A program made the translations under genes and the position numbers. From the NCBI RefSeq assembly GCF_009834535.1, contig NC_045696.1, positions 107,882,001-107,946,000 on the forward strand: a DNA stretch of 64,000 nt, written 5' to 3'. The notes under the pieces were generated by a model, which had not been told where the DNA came from, searched no databases, and saw only the letters and a program-made list of their open reading frames with translations. Origin of the DNA: Camelus ferus. Lineage: Eukaryota. Shown piece by piece: positions 1 through 14,534 of the stretch. Each line of letters starts with the position of its first letter. Position 1 is the first letter of the stretch.

Positions 1-1544
1 TCTTAGTGCCTTAATTTCCCTTCACACAGACTGATGATAACAGCACCCTTATCCTTATCTTCTTTTCTCCCTTTTTTCTCCTTTCATTTTGTTGGCAATA
101 TTTTGACTTTTACAGTATTCAGGTTTTAAAAATACTGTTCTGCAACCATAGTAAAATTTTCTATAGTTTATCCATAGGGTGATTTTAGGTGCTATACATT
201 AAAATGTTTTATGATATTTTGACTACATAAATACTGTTGAATGCTAGGTTAAGCAGTATGGAAGGAATGCATCTCATTTCTTACTGTTCCAATGTCAGAT
301 CCTTTGGGGCATTCAAAGGAGAATGTTCCAGGCATTGAGGTTAAATGAGCCTTCTTTTCTTACCCTCCATCAGTTGTTTATAATCATGCCATATTTCAGG
401 TTGCTGCCTGTTTATACAAGACTGTTTTACACAGTTTTTTCATTTTTCTTGGAGTTTCTAATTGCTTTTCTTTAGCTTGCTGATACAGAATGCTGTGCCT
501 TCATCATGCTCTCCAGTAACCCTGTTTTCTGATATAACTACTATTGCATGGAATCCTTCCTCACTCCTACCTCCCTTTATGGAGAACTCTAGATAAATCC
601 TCCACCTTCTCTATTCCGGGCTGGCTGCTCTTTAGGTGCCAACCTGGGAACTTTCTTCCACTGCTTCTCTGGATTGAATCTACTGTTTCCTGGATCTCAT
701 GCATTCCTCCTTCTTGGTTTACTTAATTTGCTGTAGTATATATTCAAGTAACTCTCTAAGAAAATAGGAGATAAGCTTTCAGAGTTTTAAAATGTCTTTA
801 TTCTACCCTCATATCCAATTGATTGCTTGGCAGGATATAGAAATCTGAGTTCAAATCCATTTCCACAGAGTTGCCAACGAGAATCTAATACCACCCCGAT
901 TCTTTTTCCTATTAAGGTGACCTGGTTTTTCTCTCTGGAAGAGTTCAGTGCTTTTCTAAAATTTCAAGAGGACTTGTTTATATATATCTTTTAAAAATTC
1001 ATTGTGTGTGGCACTCCTTTCAACCAAAAGACTTCTTATATTCTGTATTATTTCTCTGATTCTGTGGGCAGTGACTGGAGGATACATAAGAGATTTGGGT
1101 GGGAGGGTCACATTCTGTATTTGATCAGATGATGGTTACACAGGCATGCTGTGTTTCCCCAGGAAAGGGACAGGAACCCCAAGGAATCCCACTGGGCTCC
1201 TGGTCTTTGGACCCATCCCATCACTCCAGTCCTTCCAATTCTTTGCACCCTGTATTATTTCTTTGATGATTTCCTTCTCTCTATTTTCACCCTTCTTCTT
1301 CCCCAGACTCCAGTTAGTTAGATATTGAAATTCCTGAACTGGTCCTTTATGTCTCTTCTGTCTCTGTCTCCCATGTGTGCACGTGTGTGCCACAGATATC
1401 CTTAAACTTCAGTTTCCAGGCCTTATGTTGAAATTTTAAGTTTTGGTACTTACGTTTTAAAATTCAGACAGCTCTTTCTTGTGTTGGCATTCTGTTTTAA
1501 TAAGATTCTATTCTTGTTCTATATATGCTTTCTGAATATAGTAA

Positions 1545-1935
1545 TTTTTTTAAAAAAGACTTTTTAAAGGGCAGTTTTAGACTTACAGAAAAATTGAGAG
1601 TATAGTAAAGAGTTCCCATATACCCTGCACCCAGTTTCCCCAATTATTAATATTTTATTACATTAGCATTTGTTATAATTAATAAACTAATATTGATACA
1701 TTATTATTACTATTATTAAAGGCCACCCTTTATTCACATTTTCTTAGTTTTCACTGATGTCTTTTTTCTGCTCTAGAATCCTGTATTACATTTAGTTGTT
1801 GTGCCTCTTCAGAATCCTTTTGGCTATGACAGGTTTTCAGACTTCCCTGGTTTCTGATGACCTTGACAGTTTGAGGGGTACTTGTCAGACACTATCCAGG
1901 ACATTCCTCTATTGGGATTTGTCTTAACATGCTTT
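1545..1935 (-). mobile_element. Old L1 (L1MC-like) 3' end within a wider decayed L1 region (~1-2600)
   Basis: gcagttttagacttacagaaaaattgag...agagttcccatataccc is typical of a reverse L1M 3'UTR. Confidence 0.6.
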
Positions 1936-2904
1936 ATTGTTTGTTTTGTTAACATGTCAGGCTGCACTTTGCATGTGGGAACCAGGTAAGGAGTCAGCTG
2001 GTCAGCTGTTTTGCACACCAACCTTCAGGGGTCTCCCATTTCTAATACTTCTTGTCAGATCTGCCTGACTTGGGGTTTACAGCCTCTCTGGGACCCTAAT
2101 GAGCAGAGTGGAACAGAGCAGCTCACTTCTCCACAGCAGCCCATCATAGCCCCTCGTTCTGGACTGCAGCCTCCTCAGCCTGCTTTTGCTTTCTGTCTTC
2201 GAGAGGTACCACATCTTTTTTTTTTTTTTTCTCCAAGTTTTGAAATCTTTATTTTAAACTTATAACTTGATTGACAGTTTGGGTTCAAAATTCTATACTG
2301 AAAGTAATTTTCCCTCAAAATGTTGATATTATTGATTCACTGCTTTCAGATCCCCATTGTTACTGCTGAGAAATCTAGTGCCATTTTGATCCTTTGTTGT
2401 TTTCTTATTTGAATAGTCAAATAAAAATTTAAATATAATGTATGTATGTACATATATCATATATATACAAAGTTTTCATTTTGAAATATTTTTAAAATTA
2501 TGGAAAAGTCACAGAAATAGTAGAAACAATTCTTGTATATCCCTCACCCAGACTCCAGAGTTCTTAAATTAAGGAAATACTACATCTCTTGTACACTGAT
2601 TTTTCTGTCCTTCACTCCTCTCTGCTGTTCCATTCACTTTCATGGGTTTATTACTTATAAATTTCTATGTTTTAACTTCAGAGGAGTTTGGAAAATAATG
2701 GGAAGAAAATGTCTGAGTCTGTCATCTTTTTCCAAAAGACTCCACATATTCACTTCTTATACAGAAATAAAATTTCTCCTTACATTTAAGGGAAGGAAGT
2801 ATAAATGTCCACTAACTCATAATTATAATTTTGTTGTTTGCAATTCTCTTGGTATAGACTTAATTTATATTCCTGTCAAAGCTTTTATTAAAGCTTCTGA
2901 TAAA

Positions 2905-3345
2905 ACTCAGTCAGGGTAGGGTCCCCACAGGAAAAAGAAGTCACCCATACCAACTTTTCATGAAGTAACTACGTGTAGAGTTGTGGGCAAGTTAAGGGAA
3001 CAGACAAAGGAATGGGAGGCACAGGGGATGAGTGACAGAAAGATACTGTTACAGTCCCCAGGGCCAAAAACAATGGGAGAAAAAGAGTTACAGGACCCCC
3101 ATAGACACTACAACTGTGGAGAAGGGGCTATCCAGCAGAAGCTGTTCACAGAGAAACACAGTTACTGTGCTGAAGCAAGGAGTCTGGAAGAAATGCTAAC
3201 TTCTTTCTCCTTCGCCCTCCCACCTCCTGGCAGTGCTATCCATTGGCCAGACCCAACCAGAAGACAGCAAAAGTGACCCAAAATACGCAGTTTGCAGGAG
3301 ACAGAGCAGGGCCAGGAATGGATGCAGGGATGAGGCGAGGGGTGG
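2905..3345. mobile_element. Ancient ERVL-type LTR (LTR33-like)
   Basis: cccacctcctggcagtgctatccattggccagacccaaccagaag resembles the recalled LTR33 consensus. Confidence 0.45.
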
Positions 3346-3594
3346 CTACAGAACTTTCACAAAACATAAATAGGGATAATGTTCGACATTATGAATATTT
3401 TTGATTAAATGTACAAAACTATTAAGAATCCTCATTCCCATGAGTACTTTTTAAAGGGGAACAAAACCATGGAGATGGGGCTGAGGATAATCAAGGTCAT
3501 CATGCAAATTAAGACAAGCTCAGAGACCCTGTACATAAGACAAATTACAACCCAACTTCATTTTCTGAATATGTAAAGCTATTACAACAATTAG

Positions 3595-3825
3595 ATATCT
3601 ATGTCATATGGTGTTAGAAGTCAGGACAGTGGTTCCCCGGGGCAGCAGTGATCAGGAGGGAGCAGGGGAAGCTTTAGGGGTGCTGGTAATGTTCTGCTTC
3701 TTGATCTGGGTGCTACTTACACAGATGTGCTCACATTGTGAAAATCAACTGATTGATGCACTATGACTTGTGTGTTTTTTTGTGTGTGTATGTTATAGTT
3801 CAACAAAAATCTACAAAAAAAAAAA
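3595..3825 (+). mobile_element. L1ME-like 3' end
   Basis: gttagaagtcaggacagtggtt...ggtgctggtaatgttctgcttcttgatctgggtg followed by an A tail. Confidence 0.65.
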
Positions 3826-4503
3826 ACCCCCGGTAGACATGAATACAACTTAAAAAACCCCAAGTATGTCAATGTATTTTTTTGCCTTTCTTTAGGCATC
3901 CTTACCAACAGTCAACAAGGATTTACTAGAACAACTAAAACAATGATATGCATTCAACAGAAACGAAAGGCAGACCTTAGCTTCAAAAAATTTGTGAGCT
4001 TCTTAGGAAAACTGAGTATTTAGACATGAAATTAAGAATACTGACAAGAAATATATGTAACAAAGAATGCTGCAGTAAAAACAGCTCCAATATTGGCGTG
4101 CAACTGATTCTCATCAGAAGGCCTGGATAAAAATACTCCCCAGGTCGGCTCTTTCTGTTGGAGCTCTCTTTCTCTTAACCTTAACAAAGGTCAACTCAGC
4201 TAACTAGGCCAAATGCCTGGTTTCACAAGGTGCTTCCGTGATTGCTGTGGGTGGCCAAGGGGGAGGCTGAGTGGCCCTTCTCTTCTGCTTCAGCAGAAGG
4301 AGCGCTCTGTTACCTGTTTTGTACTACGGGTTCTACATTAATTTCCACTTAACAAAAGGATTTCACTGCTAAAACAAGTCTGGAAACCACTCTTTTAGAA
4401 ATCTGACCTCTAGATTTGTATATCTCAATTGACACATCTTACAGTTGAAAAACCTCTGAAACTCTAAAAATGAAACCCATTTTAAAAAGGAAATGAAAAT
4501 TAC

Positions 4504-4606
4504 CTGAAGTAAAGGAATAAAATCATCCTGTTCTAGAGAGCTGCAGCTGGGCTTTGCTAGAAGACAGATAAACTTAGAGGCATCATCGTGATGGTTACTC
4601 AGCAAC
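4504..4606 (-). CDS. PPP2R3A: PPP2R3A shared coding exon (103 nt)
   Basis: ttcttttatAG|GTTGCTG...CTTCAG|GTAATT; completes the split Lys codon, then LLSNHHDDASKFICLLAKPSCSSLEQDDFIPLLQ. Confidence 0.95.
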
Positions 4607-5059
4607 CTATAAAAGAAACAACAGCTTAGGAAGACTGGCTACTGTGAACAATGACTACAACATCAGTACTTGGTAATTCTGGTCTGATCAGAAGGCCATC
4701 AAGGTCAAGAATCAAGTGCTCTCCTTACAATGATTAAAAAAATTATTTTTTTCCATGCTCTTGATTTTTTTCAAGAAATTATTAAAAGGGCCATTTTAGT
4801 AAAAGCTCAACAACAAGATGGTATATTATTTTTGTAGAATGCTTCTGAGACCACAGGTAAAAATACACTTGAAGGAGAATGTCCGCTCAGGTTTAGCTCA
4901 GGACATCTGGATCCAGAGTTCCAGAATTGCCTACCAGGAGGAACCACTGTGCACCACCTAAGACATAAACGTGTTTGCCCAGGTTGGCAGACATACTCAG
5001 GACCAAACTGATAGGGGGCTTTTGAAATTAGACTTTGAAGGACCGGGCTTAAGGGAAAA

Positions 5060-6680
5060 AAAAGTCCTATTAAGACTCCAAGCTCTAAGAATTCCTCATG
5101 TCCAACTAATTGCTGGAAATTTCTATTTGGATACTATACTCTGACAGCAAAGTCAAAATTTCAAAAACCAAATTTAGAATCCTCCTCTCAAAGTCAGTAC
5201 TTTTCATGGATGTCTATTTTTGTTAATAGTGGTACCACCATGAGTTACCTGGGCTTGAAAATTTGAAGTCATTTTAGACCTATTTCTCTTCCTTATTGTC
5301 CACATTCAATTAGTCTTCAAATTTTCTGTTTTCCTTCCTTAATCATTTATTGCATGTTAATTGTATGCCAGATACTGAGTCTGGCCTGCGGATACTTGGG
5401 ATACAAAGAAAATGAGACATGGCATTATGCCCTGTAAGGAGCTTACAGTCTAGTGAGAGAGCTACACCAATAAGATTATACCCCTGTGTGACAGCCACCA
5501 CAGATGTAATACGCACAGGGTGTCATGGAAGGACACGAGAGGGCCAGTGAGATTCCCCGAATAGGTGAAATAGGAAACCGGGCTGCTGTGGATTAAGAGG
5601 GTCGCAAGTACAAATGCCGGTGTGAGAGTGCCTAGATTATCTCTGCAAGTGCAGGGGTGGTAAGGGACGGGGACATGAGCATGCAGGATCGGATCCTGGA
5701 GGCCCTTTACATTAGGTCAAGAAGCCTAGACTTCAGCCTACTCCACAGAAGAATTTCAACTCGAACAGTGACATGATCAGATGTGTTTTTCAGAAATATT
5801 AAGCAAAAATCCAACCAAGGGCTTGAGCATGGATACTGGCAGTGGGCAATGAAGAGAAGGGGGCAGATATGGTTGAAACGCAAGGACATGGTAGTTGGTA
5901 TGTGTGGAGGGGTAACAGGGGGAAATCCATGATGACTCCCAGGTCTCTAGCTTGGACCACTAAGTGCTTGGAATCCAAGATGGAAATACTGCAGTCCTGA
6001 GGAATATTTCCTCAAAACATTCTAGATAAGCATTCCTTCCTTCCTAGTTCCATTTTACCACCAAGTCCAGGGTCTTATTACTCCACCCTGAGACTTCCAG
6101 AAGGGAAAAGGGTCATAATAGGCTTCAGTGTTCATCCAACCTTGTATCATGGACAATTCATCATTCTGAAACATTCTCTGATCATGTAACTCCCTTTTCC
6201 AAAACTGTAAGGTAGCTTTCTACCACTTACATGAGTAAGTCTAAATGTCTGTGCTGGGCATTTAGGGCCCTCCCTGTTAGGCTAGAGCCTGCCCACCTAC
6301 CTATCTCACCACTTGGCTAAACGAAATTTCCCCTCCAGGCAGCTGGCCTGACCTACTCTCCTCTGAAGGTGCCATGTGCACTCCTGCCTGGGTGCCCTTT
6401 CTCACGCTGTTCTGCTTTCCCAGAACCCCGCCCCTCCCAACTCTGCCACCTGAATGCTGGCTATACTTTAAGGTCCAGCTAATAACTCACCTCTTTCAAA
6501 AAGCCTTCTCTGACAACTAAATTTCTTCTTGATCTTTGTGCTATTTAATTTATATGTGTTATGTATTCCACTGTACCATGAGCATTTTTTTTTTTTTATT
6601 TCTCTGGCACCTAAAGGGTAAAGTTTAAGCTTTTTTTTTCCTTAGCACCCTGCATAGTCATTTTCACATAGAAGATTTTC
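5060..6680. mobile_element. Cluster of L2 fragments
   Basis: L2 hallmarks such as ggagcttacagtctagtg, gatgactcccaggtctctagcttgg and gatcatgtaactccc. Confidence 0.55.
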
Positions 6681-7162
6681 AAAAAATGGTTGTGATCTGT
6701 CTAACAGATGTACACTTAACTGTCTTCATTTGTGATTATTAAAGCCACAGAATGATCTTTATATTTACTCTCTGTATCACTTTTCAGCATGCTAAGACTC
6801 CCAAAGTTAAATAAATCTATGTTTCACAAAAAGATTAGTGCAGTAGGTGCTGATGGGAACCACCTCTTAGGTTTAGAAAATGGGTGGGATGATCACAACA
6901 AAAAGACAGCGAAGTCTTTGGAAAGCAGTGCTTTTATGAAGAAAGGACAGCACCACTAAATAAAACCTGCACAGATATGACAGATACTCTGAGAAGGAAA
7001 AGTCAAAGCAGGTATGACCTTTTACTATCAGAAGCATGAAACAGAAAGAAAAGGTGAATTACTATTCTTGCCAATGCTAGTGGCTAGTGAACTCTATATG
7101 GCAGGAGAAAAAGAAATAATAAAGGTTGTGAAAGCTGGAGAAAGAAGGTAAACGTAGTTATT

Positions 7163-7296
7163 TTATTGTTTGTTTTATGAGGGGGAGGTGATTAGCTTTC
7201 TTCATTCATTTCCCCTTGGGGGAGCTACTGGGGATTGAACCCCTGGCCTTTTGGGTGCTGAGCATGCGCTCTGCCACTTGAGCTATATCCTTCCCC
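7163..7296 (-). mobile_element. tRNA-derived SINE (camelid type)
   Basis: Reverse of ggggaaggatatagctcaagtggcagagcgcatgc...ggttcaatccccag (pol III A/B boxes). TSD TAAACGT(A/G)GTTATT at 7149-7162 and 7297-7310. Confidence 0.88.
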
Positions 7297-8038
7297 TAAA
7301 CGTGGTTATTCTAAACTGGTGTCTTCCAGAGCTCTTAAGACAAAACACTGTTTTGTTAACGGACAAATGACACGTTGGTGTGAAAAGGTAAGAGAAAGTA
7401 AAGCATAAAAAAGCTGGAGTGACATTTCTGGCTCTGTCTGAGAGGAGCTCTGCCACAAGGCTGGCAAACCAGGAGCTCAAATGGAAAAGCTGTGGAGCAA
7501 TGTCTTTCCCCTAAAAATGTCTTGACTGTAAGAGAAGCAGATGTCAGAGTACAGATATGAAACAGGCAGCAGAGTGGGGAAGGGAGCGGGTGCAGAGGTA
7601 GGGGAAGGTGGAGGGGTTCATCCTCAAACCACCTGGAGGCCTCAGAAGCCTCCACCCCATGAGCACTGTGACAGGAGGCAAATTATTTCTGTTATGCTGG
7701 GATTTTCGTATTTGACTTTTCCCTCAAGATTATATAAAGCCTATTATTGGAGCAAGTCAGCATGTATATGTATACGCCAATATATTTTAATTCTGCATCA
7801 TCTGCCAGTTATTTTTTGTACTTGAAAGTTTTAATATATTATACTTGGATCCAAGTCACTTTATGCAAAGGGTACAATTTGTAAAAAATTACAAAAATAA
7901 ACAAATGTCTTCTTCCAGGTCAGTGTGGTAATTCAAATCATCATGCTTAGTTGCTTAGTCTCCCAACATAGCCATAGTTGGGTCTCCTTTAAAGCACCCT
8001 GGTTTTTAAAATGCTTTTTAAGTGCTTAGAAGGAATTC

Positions 8039-8053
8039 CCACTAGAGGGCGCT
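8039..8053 (+). promoter_or_regulatory. CTCF consensus site
   Basis: CCACTAGAGGGCGCT matches the CTCF core CCASYAGRKGGCRS with no mismatch; CpG retained in AT-rich intron. Confidence 0.65.
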
Positions 8054-10320
8054 CCAGTCATTATAGTATCTAGCCAGAAGATTAAAGCTTTAATACAGAG
8101 ATATTTCACATATCCATTCATGGGATTTTTTTTTTTAATGAAAAAGATAGGGACAGTTGCTCATGCTATGTAACTTCATAAGCAGTTTCCTGCAGTAACT
8201 GAAAGTGAAGACTTGTGTTCCATGTCTTTTTTTTCCCCTTCTGCCTTTTGCAGGAATCTCTTTTCCTTAGAGAGCAAACGAAAATGATTCATCTCAATAA
8301 AGGAATACATCTGTGTGGGTGCTGCTGCTGCTCTGCCCACAACATAAATGGCCATCCTATCTCGGTGACACAAATATCTTAAGACAAAAAAACCCCCAAA
8401 AACCAAAAACCTGGCTGTTACCCTCCTTAACATTATATAGTTAATTGTAGCTAAACAAGTTGATTACTAGTTTTCCTTTGCTACAGTCAGCCTCAGACTC
8501 ACTAACATAGGGTCCTAGCATATTCAAAATAACTTAGAATGTAAGCAGTTTCAGCTCTTCTCTCTGGCTCTAATCATTTATAGACTGCACTACTTCCTTT
8601 TTTCAATCTCCTAGCTTATTCAAAGCTTTCTCTTAAACAACCATAACTCATATCTTGCTGCTTTCTCAGATGGTCAGATGATTTCTGCCAACAGTGCTGA
8701 ACTCAGTGGCTGTGTAAAACAGCTCTTTCTGGTTCACACTCCAGCTGAGGCCTTTTCAGGGCCTGGCACCTACCACAGGGGAGAGGCTAGCTGAATGAAA
8801 GTTGGAACATCTACACATTTCAAGTTCTTCAATTCCTCTACTGTTACATGCTGATTTCAAATAACAACAGTAATAATAACAGATAGGCAGACCACCCAGC
8901 TGAAGTCCTGGCTTTACCAGTGGGGAAAGGGTAGGGAATCCAAGCTGACCCCTCTATTGCTCAGGCCCTCGGTTCTATTTTCTTCCCTCAAGTTCTAGGC
9001 TGCCAGAACACCAAAGATAAATACCTCAATGGCAAATGCCAATTCCTTTACCGGTTTACTCCTGCTAATTAGTGCTTTTTTGCTAATTCCAGACTCCAAG
9101 GAATTCTTTTACTTTTATGACTACTTACCCACACACAGGAAAAAAAAAAGGCATTTTTTAGATTTTTATCCAGCCATTTCCTATTTGCCATAGGGGAGGT
9201 GAAATAGTGACCACGGCCCTGACTTTGGAGTGTCATCCTGCTGTTCTATGAGAAATGATTCTCCTAGCACCATTTTAGCCCTTGCTATGCAGACAATTTA
9301 CAACTACTCCCTGTACAAACTGACTAAAATTTAACTGGAAAACGTGAAACATTTGTAACTTTTAGCTTTGATGTTGTTCTTTAAAAGAAGTCCATTAACT
9401 GGTAGTCTTATATGCCCTGATCACTTTAGTTCTATTCTAAGAACTTGATGAATTCAATTTGCTACCAAATTTTTAGAAATAAGAATATACTTATTAATCA
9501 CCTATTATGTTCTCAAGCATTATACTAAGGGCTAACTAACGGCTTTTAGGTGGCATAAAAGGATTGAAGGAATCTGTAAGCTGAATTTTGCTATCATATG
9601 TTGATTTTAAATTATGATGATGGTAGGTGAGTAGCATTTCCCAAAAGTTCACCAGGAAGGGTATCTAGCCCAGAAATGGTGAGAAGAATATATGTAAGGG
9701 AGACTGATTAGTTACAAGAAGTAGAAGGGGCAAGCTATAACACTCTCTTAAATTGTGGAAATACAACAAGAAATAATTTCTAAAGAAGAAAGAAGGCAGA
9801 AAAAAATAAAAGAAAGAAGAAACTTGAGTTTGAATTCAAGAAAACTTGTCAGGATGTTAAAATCCAAGAGTCTCGTGAAACATTCTACTCATTTGCTCCT
9901 TAACTGGAGCTTTCAAAAAGTAATGATTAAACTCTATTAGAATTCAGTTATTTTAAATAAATCAACTAGATATAATTCTAAACTGGACCATATGAGAGTG
10001 GAAGCTGTATTTTTTACATGACACATGCTATCAGAGTCAAATCCTAAGACTCAAATTTAATAAGTGAAACTAAGAAACCATCAAATATTTATTAAAGAAG
10101 TATTTATAAAGATCTGCTTTACTGATTAGAGCCGTATAAGATAAAGGCTTATGGAAAGAATTTGTGTGTAGGCATAAAAAGTTGTGAATCACTGAATTTT
10201 ACTTGTTGAAATAAAGGGTAAGGGGAAAATTAATAAATGAGTAAAATAAGTGACCTTTGTAAAGCACTTCATGAGGACCAGGCAATTCTTTGCCAAGCCT
10301 GAGTAACTGCTCACACTTAC

Positions 10321-10424
10321 TTTCTCCACATGGCGACGAATGACTGTGCTGACACAAACCCAGTCCTCTCTCCCCCTGCAGCCCTGAACATAGGGGCTTT
10401 CCAATAGAGAGGACAGCCGCAGAC
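10321..10424 (-). CDS. PPP2R3A: PPP2R3A shared coding exon (104 nt)
   Basis: ttttgtttgcAG|GTCTGC...GGAGAAA|GTAAGT; encodes VCGCPLYWKAPMFRAAGGERTGFVSAQSFVAMWR(K); starts in phase 0, ends in phase 2. Confidence 0.95.
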
Positions 10425-13400
10425 CTGCAAACAAAACACAAATACAGCGTGAGCCAAGGGGCAGTGAAGAGATGACATGGACAAAGAAAGGGCCTTTGAG
10501 GCTTTTACCCTTCACGCCACACTGGACAGAGGACCCTTGGACCAGCAAAACTGGGGCAGAGGCAAACACATCAGCTAGGGTAGATTCAGAGGGACAGAGG
10601 GGAAACAAAATGAGAAGGTGACATGTTTAATGAAGAAAATGCAAATCCATTTACCTTTTCTTCAAGTTCATTTACGGTGATGTTCCTTTCCACTATCCTG
10701 ATAGTTAAAGCAACCGGTCTCCCTTCCTTCCTACCACTCTTACATCATATATTTCCTACCATTAGGAAGAGAAAGAAATGACTGAATGTCATGGTTGTAT
10801 ATGCCCTTCCTTCCTATGGCAGAAAAAAAGGCCACCTTCATTGCTTGGTCGCTGGGTGTCAATGCACTCTCCCACCTATTCCCCTCTCTCTCCTTTGTTT
10901 ATTATGTCAAGCCCCAGGTTCAAGAAGAACCAGAAAAGCCTGGTCTGTTCAAGAAAATAGTTATCAGATCTATTTAAATCTATTTAACTTTACAATTCAG
11001 GTGAAAGTGAAAGGTAAAAATTAAAATGCTATCCTTTATTTATATATTAGAAGACACCACAAATGACTACATATTATACAAGCCTTAGGAAGAACTAAAA
11101 GACAATATCTTAAAAGGTAATGCTCTTTTTCCTCCTTAATAAAAAGGTTTTAATTTCAATTAAAATGTTATTCTCATACTCTTATAAGAGTTCTTACCAA
11201 ATTTATGTGCTTTTTACCCACAGGAGAAATCTTTACCTCTAAGTAATAATAATATCTATATATTAGCAGACAAATAGTCTTCAAATGTTGCCAGTTTTGT
11301 ATACACACATAAAACACAGTCACAAATCTGAAGCTCTTGAAAGAGTCACATCTTGTTATTGGATAAAGATATTCTTATTATTCATATTAGATACAGGATC
11401 TACTGAATCTTCATCATCCTATGACAGGAGGTTTCTCCTCTGGCAGCTGACTTGATGTGAATCCACATTAGGTTCAGGTGAAGTTGCTCCTGGTGTGAGG
11501 CCTCAGTGCACGGGGCTGGGGGGGGAGGTCCCCACAGAAGCCTGAAGAATGCCCTGTCTGAGATTACTTATACTGAGAATGCCCAGGGCTGCTGGGTTCA
11601 TGTCAGAGATGAGGATATGGATGGGGAGATTCAAGCCAAGGGAGATAAGTACAGGGCAGAAATAAGAGGTTGCTTCTGCCAGGGCCACTAAAGCATGTTC
11701 TGCAAGCAGGGTGGAATTTAAGATTTCTTAAGTCCAGAGGTCAAATACCTCCACTGAGGTCAAGAATGAGGGAAAGGTGTTGCTTAGCAACCAAATGGAT
11801 TTTGTTTATTGTGTAAATTATGATTGCCAAGGTACAAAGCTCACAATTAATATACTTTGGGTGGTAACTGTCAAATCCACTTTCCCCAATCCCAATGTTC
11901 TCTTTCATCCGGAGTCTGTACTTTACCAAGAAAATGCTCTTAGATGTGGCAGGGTATTGGCAGCTGCTGGGAAAGCTGAAAGTCTGTATAATGGAGGTAG
12001 GGGTGCAGAGCCACCAGCAGACAGAAAATACAGGGAGGGATTGGAACTGGCCTGCCAAAGTGCTTGAGGCTCCTACCATTAGAGTCACTATGGATTTTTC
12101 AGAATTGGAAGAGATTAGGAATCTTCCAGCTCAACCTGGGGGAGTGGTCACCAGCTCAGCTGAAACACCCCAGGGGCTGTGTACTTACCACCTTCCGTGG
12201 GGCTACTTCCACTGTTAAACAATTTTCATACCCTTGGATTACGGTCTTTTATCCAGAAGACTCCCGTTAAAGTGCATACACGTCAGCTCGTAAAGAGTAG
12301 TGAATCACCGAGATTAACACTTACAAATTTACTATGATCCAAAGGCAGAATTCTAAGAGGTAAGGCACAGACCAGATATGTCTAAAGGAGATGGGAAAGG
12401 GCTGCCCTGTTTTTCTGGTATGGGGCACCCTGAGTAGCCAAGCATCGGGCAGCATGAGGGGTATCAGGCCCTTGGAGAAAATGCCAAAGGGAAACTGGAA
12501 GGACAGTGGATGGCAAGGGCTGCAGACATTACACTCTGACCATTTTTTAGAAATGCAGGACTGGCCTGCATCTGCTTAAAAACAAAGAATTAAGATAAAG
12601 GGAGTCAGGAGATCAATAAAAAACTAAAAAAGTAAATGCTATAAATCTGAGGGCAACAGAATATAGGCCTTTATAACAAAGGAGAGAACAAGCCCGTGCC
12701 ATGATTTTTTACAAAGGAAAAGAACGGACACAAGTGAGGAGGCACAGGACACGCTGAAAGTGGGTTCAGGAAACTTATGTCTAGAGGAGGAGGCAAGAGT
12801 CAGAGTGTGGCAATCCAAGCCACTGGAGCAAAGGAAACCCGATTAATACCTATAATTTGATCTGAGAATGGGCCACAACATAAAGAACTGACAGCAAGGT
12901 TATCTAATGATACTCAGAAAGAGATGACTGCCCAATATTTGTAATGTTCTTTAACATTTAAAGATGTCTCACGCTTGCTGTTTCATTGGGTCCTGACACG
13001 ATCCCATACAGAGAAGGCAGGCATTTTTACCCTATTCTGCAGATGAAGAAATAAAGGTACAGAGAAGCTACCCTCCAGGCCACAGGCATGATGGGTCAAG
13101 ATGGTGCTACATCAGCCAATGAGAAGAGGTGGGGGCTTTGCACCGGTCAGAAGACAGTTCTATGCTTTCCCCTCAACTTTCTGATAGACGCTAAAACTCA
13201 ATGGTGACAAGTGCTTTCCTGGCTGTTCCTCAGTTTCTGTTCCTACGCTGCTTTTGTCCCTCTCAGATTCATTCTCTATTCATTTCTTCTCCAGACACAT
13301 ACTTCATACACACAGAGTTTTCTTTGCACTTAAAAACAGATCCCCAATTGAGCCACACTTAATTATCACTCAGGGTAGACTGTAAACTCAAGCTGGCCAT

Positions 13401-13765
13401 CCAAATAGCTTTATAAACCGCAAGAATCCATAAAAATGTTCATTTATTGCCCTGACCACCTCCTTGCCCTTTGTCTTTCCTTTTCCTACAGCCAGCTTGC
13501 AGTGAGAACATGAGCACATGAGCCCGAGTGCTGCAGGCGCAGGTCTGCTGCCCAGGGGTGAGGACTGGTCTGCAGAGCACAGAAGGGCAGAAAGTGGGCT
13601 GGTTCAGAGAGTGCTAACAGACTGCCGTGGCCAAGGAAGAGCTAGATTACACAGGATTAGTGAGCTGGAAGATATGATTAAACGAATTTTTTTAAAATAA
13701 ATGATTTTGAGAACAAAGAAGCAAAATCCAATAAAATGACCTAATATAGTGTTTGAAAACAAAAC

Positions 13766-14534
13766 AATATACACCCAGGAGTGGGACTGCTGGATCAAAT
13801 GGTAAGTTTATTTTTAGTTTCTTAAGGAACCTTCATACTGTCATCCATAGTGGCTGCACCAATTTACATTCCTACCAACAGTGTAGGAGGGTTCCTTTTT
13901 TCTCCACACCTGCACCCCAATGTTCATAACAGCACTATTTACAATAGCCAAGACATGGAAACAACCTAAATGTCCATTGACAGATGACTGGATAAGGAAG
14001 CTGTGTACACACACACACATACACAATGGAATATTACTCAGCTATAAAAAAGAATGAAATAATGCCATATGCAGCAACATGGATGGACCTAAAGATTATC
14101 ATATCGAGTAAGTCAGACAGAAAAAGACAAATATCATATGATACCACTTTTATGTGGAATCTAAAAAAAAAGACAAATTCTATTTACAAACCAAAAACCA
14201 AATCTTTCATAGACAGAGAAAGCAAACTATGGTTACCAAAGGGGAAAGGGCAGGGAGGGATAAATTAGGGTTTGGAGATTAACAGATAAACATTACTATA
14301 TATAAAATAAATAAACAACAAGGACCTACTACATAGCACATGGAAGTATATTCAATTTCTTGTTAATAACATATAATGGAAAAGGATCTGAAAAGAAAAA
14401 ATATATATGTATATGTATAACTGAATCACTTGACTGTATACTTGAAACCAACATTGTGAATCAACTACACTTCAATAAAATTTTTTTAAAAAATCAATGA
14501 ATTTATAAGTAAAAAAAAAAAAAAAAAAGAAAAA
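13766..14534 (+). mobile_element. 5'-truncated, 5'-inverted L1 insertion
   Basis: Inverted segment 13766-13910, then forward L1 3' end with poly(A). TSD GAAAACAAAAC at 13755-13765 and 14535-14545. Confidence 0.88.
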
